From: Paraspadella gotoi
Lineage: Eukaryota; Animalia; Chaetognatha
NCBI GenBank assembly: GCA_051294375.1
Contig: CM119266.1
Coordinates: 6,465,431-6,529,430, forward strand
Length of the DNA: 64,000 bases
Reading direction: 5' to 3'
Positions 12,455 through 24,265 of this stretch are shown here, one piece after another. The position numbers and the translations under genes are program-made. The notes below the pieces were generated by a model. The model searched no databases, was not told where the DNA came from, and was given only the letters and a program-made list of their open reading frames with translations. How positions within the stretch are numbered: the stretch's first letter is position 1; each line of letters starts with the position of its first letter.

Positions 12455-13240
12455 CAGTATGTCCCAATGGTACTGTCAGTTAACTTTTACATATCGTGCG
12501 GAACTATGTTTTTGAATTTCATTTCTGAGATAACTATATCAAAGATAAAGTCTTACCATTTATTATACTATATTTCGAATTCAATTTTTTAAAATTTTTC
12601 TGTGCAAAACATTAAATTTAAATTAGTCCTAATTTCTCACTTTAATTTTCAGATAATTTTTTTTATTTTAAAAGAAATTTTATTATTTAAATTTTAATTT
12701 GTATAAAATAAATGCATTAATAAAAAGAAAAATATTTAAAAAAAATCAAAAATTGATAAAAATATGCTTATTAATTTGATACTTAAATTTTATTATTTGA
12801 AGTTGTGAACGATTGAATCATTAAGCCAGAACCAAATGGTTGCTATTTATTCAATAAATTATTATTAAGTTAATTAAAAAAGTAAGATGAACAAGTAGAT
12901 TATTTTAAAAATAATGATTACTGCATTATAAAAGCTCTGGAGCTAAAAATTTTAGGTAGTTTCTTACTGTCCTCTAAAAAAAAGATTTAAAACATTAATC
13001 AATATTATAAAAAATATTTGATAAATACTAAAAAATATATAATTTAAAATAAAAAAAAACACGGGAAAAATTGTTTTACCAAATGTAATAACTACAGGAA
13101 TTTGCTTTGTTCAATTTTAAAAATTTAGGTATCCTATGGTCCACACTTATACGCATATTCATTATAATGAATTAAAATTTTTCGATCTGGTATAGGAGCA
13201 GTAAGCTTTTCTTAACAGAGAGTACCATTAGGACACACTG
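12455..13240. mobile_element. Tc1/mariner-type MITE upstream of the MARVEL CDS
   Basis: Imperfect TIR CAGT(A/G)TGTCC(C/T)AATGGTACT..; TA on both sides. Confidence 0.8.
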
Positions 13241-13479
13241 TATTAGGTGAGCGAGAATCTAATAAACGAATCGTGAAGGTAAATGATAAAAGTTCGATTA
13301 GACAACCAGTAGCCAAGTCAAGTGTATAAAACATATAAAACATTGCACGGAAAAAGTACAGCAAAACTTCCGCGTCGAGGTGTTTTATCAACGATGGCTT
13401 TAAATTATTGAACGTTAACCGAAATAAATAGGGGGTTTTTCCGCACAGTTTAGCAGTAAAACATCGGTTTACATGGTGA

Positions 13480-13950
13480 ACCGCCCAGTGGCGCGGTGTA
13501 GCCGCCGTGGATCGGGGTCGTGGTCGTGTATGCATGTGCATTCTCACATCGTCGCGGTGGATGTCGTCGTCGTCAGTCAAGGGCGAAGAGAGGAAGCAGA
13601 ACTGAGCTCGTCTCTCTCTCTCTCTCTCTCTTTCACTTTAATCTCCCTCTCCTTCGATTGAAGGGATCTCTCCTCCCTCCTCCTCCTCCTCCTCCTCCTC
13701 CTCCCGAGCGAGCCGCCAACCCAACGACGAAGACCAGGACGAGTTCATGTAAACAGTCTGCCTGACGTCACCGACTGACTCCACCGGCTGGACGGACAGA
13801 CGGATCAACGAAAGATGCGCGCAACATGTATTCCAGTTTACATTCTCGTTTCAAACTGAAACTCTCATTCCAGCGTCCCGTTGAAACGAACGATCGTCGA
13901 TATATTCCATTTCAAGCGACTGTGATATAAACTAACGATTTTTACTCATA
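13480..13950. promoter_or_regulatory. Likely divergent promoter/5' region between MARVEL (-) and STX16 (+), with a perfect CRE
   Basis: GC-rich island with (CT)n and (CCT)n tracts; palindrome TGACGTCA at 13763-13770. Confidence 0.45.
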
Positions 13951-14023
13951 ACCTGTTGACCTACGAAGAATCGATCTGAGAAAAAACTATAAAAATTGAA
14001 AAAAACTATTTAATTAGCGAAAA

Positions 14024-17000
14024 ATGGCTACAAGAAGCTTGACGGACGTTTTCGTGCTCATGAGGAACAACGCTTTGCAGAATCGGTACATATTTTCGGA
14101 GCAGGTGAGAATCCTTCCGATTCGTTAGAGCCCGCATGTAATCTGATTAATCATTTTCGACGTGCATGGTGAAATATAGATTGGCAGCACATATTTTTCT
14201 TTTTCTTATATAGCGCATGATACAACTTTATCTTGAAATATTAGCATTATAGTTATAGGTAATTTAGCTATGCTTAATTGCTAATACGATCTGTACCTCT
14301 AATAAATGAGCGCGAATAGTACAGAGTAGACGAAATTTCATCATAATGAATGTTTTCAAAAAAAAAAGGCAAATATTTATTTTTCCATTTATTAATAAAT
14401 TGAAATAGTTTTCTAATAACCGAATAAGTTATTATTAGTTCAAAATATAGTTCTTTTTTGCGCGACGCCACAATAAACCCAGTTGAAAAAAATCCGTTTT
14501 CTCCTCCGCTTTAATGCTGCCGCTTTCGCTTTGTCCCGTTATGGGTAGGGACCCCCGTACATAGTCTCAATGTCCCCGCAGGTGGCCGACGACCGAATGG
14601 CTCTCGTTTCCGCATCCCCCAGCAACCCCTCCGTTGACGACGTCGAATTTGGCTGCACTTCCACCAGGAATTCGAGGCTTCCGCCAGAATGGTGAAAAAT
14701 GTGTTGTGCTTCCTTGCCCCTGTGTCCCTACTCATTAGCCATTGACCCTGTTGTCGATATCATTTTAGCCAACTATCTTAATAGTTACATAAATTACTAA
14801 TTTATTAATTCAAAACATTTTCCATTGTCTTAAGGGTGGATGGAGTGGAGGAAGTGCAGTACGAGATCTCAAGAATACAGCAGCGGCGTAAGTCTAAGCC
14901 TCTTTCTCTTTAAAACTCATAATTGTCGAAGGTTAATTAATAATTATACAACCACCTCATATCCCCCACCAAAGTTCAACAGCTCTCGGCTTCTTACGAC
15001 CGACACCTGAACCGTCCCACCCTCGACGACGACGACGACGAAGATCGACGCATCAAAGACGCGACGCAACAACTCGCGCAAATGTTTCAAAACTGTCAGA
15101 GACTCGTGCAGCAGATCAGCGCCAAATCTGCCAAGGGAACTGACCAAGAAAAAATTCTCACGAAAAACATTTTGTCTTCGCTGGCCTCGCAACTGCAAGA
15201 ACAGACGGTGTTGTTCAGGAAGAAACAGGTTAGTAGTAAAGATAGGCGTGGATGCTATTTCATTATTTGCCAAAGATAGCTTGATATAAGTCTAACGAAA
15301 CTAGATGAGGTGGTTGCGTTCTGAGCTAGCCAATATTCGGAGTTATTGGGAACTGAAAGGTAAATAAAACAGAAATATTTTTAAAATATTCATAAATATA
15401 GAAAACAGAATTATTTAAAAATGAAGAAAACAGAATTCTTTTTAAAATATTCAAAAATGCAAAATACAAATTTGATTTAAATGTTGAACTTCAAAAACTA
15501 TTTTTGTATATCAGTTATTAATCGTAATAAAAGGATAAAAGCATAAGGATATCTCCTTAAAAAGATAAAATTAACATAACTGTTTGATAATCATCGAAGC
15601 AATGACAATGGCGGGAACTCTTCTTGAATCGGTGCGCGGCAGAGTGGGCAAGCTTGTCCCTTGTAGCGACGCAAACAAACGTAATGATATCGATGACGAC
15701 ATCGCGGGAGCGAAGTAACTCTCTTCCCGAGCAACGCTTCTAGACAAAAGCAACAGCGATCCTCGTTTTCAGAGCATTCGTTTTCTTCTTTACTACTTTC
15801 TTCCTTCATCAGAGCAGCAAATCGTTTCTCCAAATCCGAGTAGCGGCTTTCCAGCGTAGCGCAGCGGTTTTCCAGCGAGGCGCATTTTCGACAATCCTGG
15901 TTTTCCGTTTCCTGCATCGAACGTTGACCTCGATCGTGAAAGCAGGCGTCGCCCTCGACATTCTCCGCGCGATATTCCCCCCTCAGATACACCACCTCCG
16001 AATCGCCCTCAAGTCTGAGGGAAAACCGCCGCTTAGCATCGGACATCAACACTTCTTTAAGGCCCGCTGACAAGAGAGATCGGCGAATGGGCGGATCCCA
16101 ATCGTGAATCGTCGCTCGCAAAGTTTCCAAGAAAGATCTGTTCCCATTTTTTGCCAAATATTCGACGACGGACAGATAGGCAATCTCTTTGCTTTGAAGT
16201 TCAGTTTCTGTCGCTGATTGGCTAGTTTCTTCGCGAGCGGTCAGCGTTGAGGTTTCGGCGCTATCATTTGCCTGGTTTCCGGTGCTCTGGTTGTCTCTCG
16301 AGCTATCCGCAAAAAGTTTAAATCGTAGCGGAATCTTTCGTAAGTTTCTCTTCTTTTTCTTTTTCTTCGATGATTTTATCCGATTGGTTTCCTCCTCGTC
16401 CTTCTTTTCCAGTTTGGTGAGAAATTCCTCCTCGAGATGAATCAAATCGTGAGGTAATTTCGGCTCCGGCCGGATTTCCGCCAGGTTTTCAGACTGGATT
16501 TCTGCCGACAAGACTCTGTTATCGATTTGCATAGACGTTGGATCGTCGCTTTCGTTCATATTTTGATCCATTTTTTTAATTTGACTTTTGCTTTTTTGTT
16601 TCGATTCTGGGTTTTGATTTTCCTTTGCTTCGGAAATCAAGTCGACTGTTTTACGCTTCTGTTTTTTGTCAATGTTTCTCTTTGCCTTTGGTTCAAGTTT
16701 CTCCTTTGAATATTGCGCTTTGACGTTTCCCTCAAAGTCCATAACTTTGACGGCGTAGATTTTCGATGGACAATCGGGAGTCATGCAGTCGGCGCCCAAG
16801 AAGTTCTTCGTCGTCTTCCTGCCTTTGAATTCGTTCCAGCAACTTCCGTGGAAAATAACCCTGCACTTGTCCTGACAAAAAGCCTCAAAGTAATTCTTGT
16901 CCTTTGTTGAAAGGACGCGTTGATTTTGAGAACAGAATTCGAATTTGCAAGAAACTGTTTTTGGCGTCGACAAAAGTGCGTCATCGACGCTCGACTCTTT

Positions 17001-20000
17001 GGTGGAATTCGTCGAAAACGGTTGCGTCTTGGATTCGGCGTCCAAAGTCGAAGTGGTCGCGCTCTGAAGCTCTTCCACGATTTCAGGGTTTTCAACTGTC
17101 GACTTCTTTCTCTCTTCTTTTTTGCACCATATGCAAAGGTCGTGGTCGGCCGGGCAAGGACTTGAACATTGATCACAAATATCGGGCCAATAATAAATCT
17201 TTTCATCCTTAAGCAGTGACCTGAGCCTTCTTTTTGCAAACTTTTCCCTGACGTCAACAAACTCGTCTTTTTTCCCCTTCGAGCTTCTTACGACGACGAA
17301 GCCCAGATTCAAGAGGTAGTCTAAAGAATGCTCTTTTTGTTCTTCAAAGGCGATTTGCAAACATGTCTTTTCCGACCTGAGGGCCAAGGGATCCGCGCCT
17401 CTCGAAATCATATACTCTAGAAATTCCAATCTTTCGAGTGAAAATTCGGTGCTAAATAAAATGGGGAAAATTACATTACTTTCTTAGTTAAATGATGCAA
17501 AATTTTGGGGGTAGTATATGTAAATATGAGAATACAGGGTTGGGACTATATATACATACAAAATTTTAAAAAATCATTAATATAAAACTTTATTATTTGA
17601 ATATTTATTCAGATTTTAAAAAGTTTGAGCAAACAATGTCGGATCTGCCCGATAATTAAGCGGTTATCAGCTAATCAGATGATAAATGACGATAATTTCA
17701 ATTTGTAATCCTAAATGATCATAACAGATCGTACCATACCAAAATAGTAATACAAATAATTTTTCAACTCGCATCATTTTTCAACTTGCACCATTTTTTT
17801 CACTTTAATTCAAAAAATTATGAGGAAGAATAAATAATAAAAATTCAAATCAATTTGACTTTGGTTTTTTTCATGAAAACTCTTTTCCATTCGCACGATT
17901 TCATCGAAACTTTAGATCCAGCTTCATCACACACTTTCCTACCCACACACAAAATTTCATCTCAATTTATCCATCCAATTATGATTAATTAAATCTTTTT
18001 CCTAATTTGAACCCAAAATTATTTTAAGTAAATGTGATTTATGTTTTTTCCATTTAAACTTATTTCCACTTGCACGATTCCATCGAAACTTTATATCAAG
18101 CTTAATCACACACTTCTCTATCCACACACAAAATTTCATTTCAATCCATAAATCACGAGTAATTGGAGTTTTTTTGCTATGAGGGAGACAGACGGACGAA
18201 CATCATTTTTTTGCTTAATTTATCACAATTTTATGTTCTGATATGATTTAAGTGATTGCCCGACAAGATTGAGGGGGGGAACGACCGACCGACAAAATGA
18301 ATTATAGAGTCGAGCAGATCTCTTTTAGCTTTTAAACGATTCTTTTTCATTGTATATGAAAGTAAAAACGTTTGACACTCAATTAATTATTGTATCTCAA
18401 ATCGTTAAGTTTTGTCTAGATATATGGCCCCACCCCTGTATGTTGGATAAGGGTTGACATAATAAAAATGTCATTTAACTCTTACCTTGGGACGCGTCGT
18501 AGCTCGTCAGACAAGACGACCGCCATAAACGGAGTCAACCCGTTCTCATTCCGGCGTTCGATGTCGAATCCTCGATATAAAAGATAACGCAAGCACTGCC
18601 TAAAATGTTTTTGGGCCATCGAATGCATCAGATCGAACCGTTGGTCATTGGGGTCCAGATTGAATCCTTCATTCTCGAATGTTTTCACGTATCTATAATC
18701 GTCGAATTGTTGAATTCCTCCAAAAAAAGTAAAAGCGTCTTCAGTTACGAGTTTAACGTTAAGTTCCTTCAAAAATCTGACCATCTCCGGCTCCCGGTAA
18801 AAACCGAAGTTTTCCAACGCGTAAACTTTGATGTCGGCCATCGCAGATTCGTCCAACTCTTTCTGTATAACGGGATACAACTGGCGCAAAAGTTTTTCGT
18901 CCCTCGTTCTTTCAACGACGATTCTCAAAAAGTTAAAACTTGAGCTCGTGTTCGTCGACCTCATTTCCCAAAAGTGTCTCAACTCGAGAGGATTACAGTT
19001 GTGCTTCGCCCTCGAGTCGTGCAGCAGTTGCGAAATGAGCGCCGCCTTCTTTTTGGTCCATTTGACTTTAATTGGCTTTTCTTCTGGGATGCCAAGAGAT
19101 GCTCTATAATGTGGTGGGTGGCCCGGGAAGGGTAATCGGGTATATTTTAATAAAAAAAAATTAGATACAACAAAATTAACAAATTTCGCAATAAGACCTA
19201 TTTGCCATTATAGCTTCAGCCTACCTATTGGCATCCAATATTAGAATCGTCTCGACCCCTAAATATACACGAATGTCGTCTGAAAGGTAAGTTTTATTAA
19301 TGATTTGAAACAAATCTTTGCTTAGAATATATATTAGATATTAAAAGATTATTATTTACTACACTAGTACGTTACTCTATTATTACGTAGCATATATTTT
19401 CTAAATAAACTTTCAATAACAAAGATTGTTGAAAAAATTATATTGTAAAAAAATTAGATTCTTCCGCATCAGTTAAATGAAGACTACTAAAAATTTTATA
19501 ACATTTAATTAAAAAATTGCAAGAAAGTTAGTTACAGGGTTCTGACTTTCAAACGAATCGTGATTCGTTAAGGATTCTCTTTTACATTTTATTTAGTTTT
19601 ACAATGTAAAATACTATTGGAAGCAAAGATCAGCACACAAGTTTTTTAAATTGCAGTTCTCACGAGGGTCATAAAATTGTCACCTTGTACGACGCGAAAT
19701 CCAGAGTTAAAGCGAAGGTGGCCGAAGATGCCTCTCAAGAGGCACGTCTCGTCTAATGGGCAAATGCAACATTTTCCACCGACAAACTTTTCGACGTATT
19801 TCTTGTTGAAATAATCCAGTTTGTTGATTCCCTTCAGAAAATCTCTTTTTAACAAGAAGGTATCGGAATTCTCGATATCAGGATCGAGGAACGCCTTTCT
19901 GATTTTGGTGAAAGTCACGGGTTTTCTGCCCACGAAGAGTTTGGAGTCGGGATACAACTTGGCGCGGTATTCGAGGACGTCGATCACCGTCCACGCCTTC

Positions 20001-23000
20001 AAATTTCCGCCAAAGGGTTGAAGCATTTTTTTGACTTCGTCCGAGACGTTGGCGTAGCCAAGGTTCACTCCATCCGTGAAAGTCAAGTCACCGTCAAGTT
20101 TGGCGTTTCCAATTTCTCCCTCCGTCGTTTCTTTATTGTTAATGCGAATAATAAGGACGGTGAAGGCGGAGCCATCGTGTTCACCGCCCAGCAGATCTAA
20201 GACGAGATTTTTGGTCAGCGCCTTCCTCACGTCCAAAGTGTACGCGATTTCCTCATCGTCTAAGTTTGGGCAGACTGTGGGTTGATGTCTAGATGGGAAG
20301 GAAAACAAGTCAGGGAATATTTGAATCTCATTTTGCTTTAAGAAGAGAGGAAAGGAAAAGCAAAAAGGTGATTGCATAGGTCAGAGTGGATGGTACTTTA
20401 CGGCTCCTTAACAAATTGAAAATTTTTTCGCCACCTTTACGGTTTACCATTTTCTTTCTGAAAAATGTAGGCAAAACTATTCGCTACATGGTCTGTGCTA
20501 CTTGTACATAATTTAAATTTGAAGTTCTATTAAATCAGGCCAAATTTTTAAAATTATTTTAAGTTTTGGAGAATTAAATTTTAATACCCGCTCATATTAC
20601 AATTTGGACTATGTAATATATATGACATATATGTAAACCAGTTTTAACCTACAAATAACTGATATTTATAACAATACTATTGATAAGAATAAGTATTATT
20701 ATAATAACCTTGTAGAAATGAAGGATGACTTACTGGATGTATTTAAAACCTACGGTTGCCGGCAAATCCCGAAGCTGATTCGCGGTGGTCGGAAGGCTTT
20801 CTGACATTGATATTTCAACGGACAACATCGGTTTTGGCGGTAAAGAAGGATCTAATATCTCTTGACGAATTTGGGTTGACATAGTTGACGATGAAAAAAG
20901 TCGAATATACTTTTTTTTTCGATTCCAGTTTTTACATTAATTTAACAATATCAGAGTTACAAATAGTGTATGCTGCATTATTGCAGGTCCCCAAACAAAG
21001 GAGGTCGTCGAGCTTCGAATAGAAGCTTTTTGATCATCGGAAATCGGCGACTTTTTTCATGAGGAGGAAGAGAATGGGGGGGGGTTTAATTCAGACCCCC
21101 CCATGCGCTGAGTCCCTCTACATCTTTGTAAAACTTCCTGAATAATGAATAGTTTTTTGTGATTCCAATTAGGGTGTAGCGATTGATATAATATTTATTT
21201 GCTGCCGAAGATTCGCCAAAAAAAATTCAGAAACTTTTGTACAATGTTACATATTTTAATGTTAAAGCCGCGAAAAATGATGAAAAGTATTTTGTCATAT
21301 AATAGTCAGTTTCTACTTCAAAAAGTCACATTTTTAACGCAGATCTTATCTGAATTTTTAAATAATTTTTTTATATTTTTTGTTTAACTTTTTATAAAGC
21401 ATTTTAATCTTTAACAAAAATTTAATAAAAAGTTTAAAGGATATTACTACTAATATTATATCATATTTTTTGTTAGGTTTCCCTCAGAATAAGAATACAA
21501 TTTTTTTATATTTGATAATTATATCATCACTAATATAATAATCCTTGTAACATATCCCAAATAAAATTTTTGTTGTCGAGAACTCCATTTCACTACACCC
21601 TATTGGATACCTATTTGTGAGCCAAATCGGGGAAGGTTGTTAGAGGAGGATTGTTGAGATTGTCTCCATCAAGGTCATATCAACTTTCCAGCCGATTGCT
21701 AGCCTTGAAAAACTAGTTGGCTATTTGGTATTTGAAAACATTAGTAAATCTAATCAAGGTGTCGAAATAAATAATATATATAATTATATATTATATATCT
21801 GATGAAAGAAAAGAAGCTTTACGCCAAGAATTATCTCAATTAATGATTGGCAGGAGACAAGTTTTCGGTTAACTAAAAGTAAAACACCAAGATTCCAAGA
21901 AAGCTTTAAATTTTGATTCTCAGGGTTTGGAGAAGCTTTTGTTATTTAAAAAGATTTTTTCACAACTCTATAAATAATAAATCTGCTTTATTGAATTCCT
22001 GATGATACAATTTTTTTTCAATACTACACCTTATATGATTATCCTGTGATAATTTTTTATTATTCTTAGTCGGAATATACGAGCCGCAACGCCAAACGCG
22101 AAGCCCACTCAAGTCAACTCTTCGACATTGCGGAAATTCTCGAACCCAACGGAGATTCGCTCTACGAGAACGAAGTCACTTTCAATCATGTGAGTAGAAA
22201 CAGCGACGCCTTTTCGCGACTGGATCGGATTGAAAATTATTTATTTTTGGTTAGCTCATTCATTCTTCAATTTTCTTATGTTGCTAACTGTCGCACCATG
22301 AACTAATTTTTCGGGTTAATCTGTAATTCTGGATGGAATTATGATTCTTATCGAAACCCCCCCCCCACAATCTCGCGGTGTCTCGCCTTTTGGAGAGACA
22401 AAAGGCTAATGTGGGGGGGGGGTTTCGAATAGAGAATTTTATTTTTGCCGACCGTGGTTACGGTTACCGGTTAGGGCGGGTTTAGGGTTATGGGTGGTTT
22501 GGGTTAAGGGTAATTTTTTTAAATCAATTTTTTAAAAATAAGTACTTTTAAATGGTTTTTCAAGACGTTAAGGGTAATTTTTTTAAATCAATTTTTTAAA
22601 AATAAGTACTTTTAAAAAAATTACCTTAACGTCTTGAAAACCATTTAAATTAATTTTTTAAAAATAAGTACTTTTAAATGGTTTTTCAAGACGTTAAGGG
22701 TAATTTTTTAAATCAATTTTTTAAAAATAAGTACTTTAAATGGTTTTTCAAGACGTTAAGGTAATTTTTTAAATCAATTTTTTAAAAAAAGTACTTTTAA
22801 ATGGTTTTTCAGACGTTAAGGTAATTTTAATCAATTTTTTAAAAATAGTCTTTTAAAAATTACTTAACGTCTTGAAACTTAATTAATTTTTTAAATAGTC
22901 TTTTAAATGGTTTTTCAAGACGTTAAGGTAATTTTTTAATCAATTTTTTAAAAAAATAAGTACTTTTAAATGGTTTTTCAAGACGCCAAAACTCCGGTTG

Positions 23001-23632
23001 GCGAAAGTCGTACCGGGTTCAATCCCCTCACGAACAAAATTTAAAGTTGATGGTGTTGGCATAAACACGCCAGTGACATGGGTGGTCACTGCCGCTCAAA
23101 AGCCCTAGCGCCAGCTGTCGGAGAGATGCCTCACACCCCGGGCATCACCTCACGTCTCCCCGTTGCCATACTGCATATTTAAATCAATTTTATTATCAAT
23201 CGTTCAGGGACTGACAACGGCGCAACTCCAGATAGTGGAGGACAACGCCGCGATGGTCCGACAACGAGAGAAGGAATCCAATAAACTCGTGCAGAGCATC
23301 GTCGATCTCAACACCATTTCAAAGACATCGCGGGAATGGTGGCCGAACAAGCACGGTGTTGGACAGGTCGGAGTTTGGGTTATTTTTTTATAATAAAACC
23401 TTACGCGACCGTAAACAAGCTAGCTTCACGAAATCTCTTGATGATTAACTTTGGCATTTCTTCCAGAATCGACTACAACATTGAAACGAGCGCTACGAGC
23501 GTCGAAGCTGGTCTTCAACAACTGCACAAAGCCGAAAGTTATCAACAAAAAAATAGAAAAATGCTGGTGATTTTCGCTCTTACAATCATTATAATTGTTC
23601 TATTAATTTTACTGGTCGTATTTAAAACTTGA
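14024..23632 (+). CDS. STX16: Syntaxin-16 (7 exons; two 1-nt deletions in exon 6)
   Basis: N-peptide [46 protein letters not shown] motif VAEQ(G)TVLDRIDYNIE, C-terminal TM. Exons 14024-14104, 14582-14691, 14835-14887, 14975-15228, 22070-22189, 23208-23366, 23467-23632. Confidence 0.93.
15591..20882 (-). CDS. Ankyrin-repeat / TTC3-like / RING-H2 E3 ubiquitin ligase, about 1088 aa, nested antisense in STX16 intron 4
   Basis: Exons 20882-20734, 20288-19684, 19258-19225, 19103-18486 and 17451-15591 join with matching phases (2,1,2,2) into 3267 nt. Contains ankyrin motifs ([15 protein letters not shown]), TTC3-like Cys/His block [25 protein letters not shown], wHTH-like block, coiled coil and [25 protein letters not shown]. 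Confidence 0.8.
17535..18438. mobile_element. TA-flanked MITE in intron 4 of the nested gene, with an internal Helentron/DINE-like segment
   Basis: TIR CAGGG(T/G)TGGG(A/G)C(T/C)ATAT with TA on both sides. Inside are two diverged direct repeats about 180 bp apart (17870-18150), GAC(A/G/C) microsatellite runs and TTATAGAGTC. Confidence 0.65.
21165..21606. mobile_element. Possible small inverted-repeat element
   Basis: CCAA(T)TAGGGTGTAG ... CTACACCCTATTGG around an AT-rich interior; no clear target-site duplication. Confidence 0.4.
22505..22985. repeat. AT-rich tandem array, unit about 60 bp, about 7 copies with inverted inserts
   Basis: Unit TAAGG(G)TAATTTTTTAAATCAATTTTTTAAAAATAAGTACTTTTAAATGGTTTTTCAAGACGT; reverse-complement pieces near 22615-22650 and 22855-22880. 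Confidence 0.9.
23010..23145 (+). mobile_element. tRNA-derived SINE-like repeat, copy 1
   Basis: B-box-like GGTTCAATCCC followed by a body shared with 30735-30912 (TGGTGT.GGCATAAACACGC..GGTGGTCACTGC..AAAGCCCT..GCCAGCTGT..GAGATGCCT.ACACCCC). Confidence 0.6.
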
Positions 23633-24265
23633 ATCGCAATACATCTCTTTTCATTAAATTTTTCGTTTAGTTTCTTTCGTGTAATGCGGTATCAGCGAGG
23701 TTTTTTAATTTTAAATATTTAGAATATGACGAAAAGAAAGTCCTTTTTTTCGCAACAGATCCGGCTGTACGAAAAGTCCAAAAAATTTTAAGCCGATGAC
23801 GTAGATCGACCTGAAACCGCGTAAAAGTTATCACTGATAAAACAAAAATACCAACTCGAATTCTACTACGAGCTAACTGCTTTTTAAAAAAAATACGTAG
23901 TGCAAAAATGATCAAACGGAAAAAAAGGTCTGCATAGCTATCGATTTTAAAAATCGTAAATGAAATGGAAAGTTTTATCTCAATACGTCTAAAGGCGCTC
24001 GCGACAGAGCGAGGGCGCTGAATCGTCTTGATCAAACAGTTGCCTAAAGTTGCGAGGAGAAACGCGCGAAGGTCCGGCGACAGTATCGCGAAATGTCTAG
24101 CGTCCGTGAATGAGTGAAGAGAACTTTGATCTTTCTTTTTCCCAATCGATCGCCGCGCCTTCGTCCGGACTGACTAGCGCGCGTGAATCACGAGCCCCTT
24201 CGCCGTCAGGGCCGGGCACCAGGACGCGCGGCGCAGAGTTCGGCCCGTGGCCCTGGACGGGCGCG

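Noticed and set aside
22505-22985. Regularly spaced repeats resembling a CRISPR array
   Set aside because: No unique spacers, no cas genes, eukaryotic intron; it is a tandem satellite.
23163-23632. STX16 as a pseudogene
   Set aside because: Lesions are two single-base losses in an otherwise fully conserved gene, typical of sequencing error.
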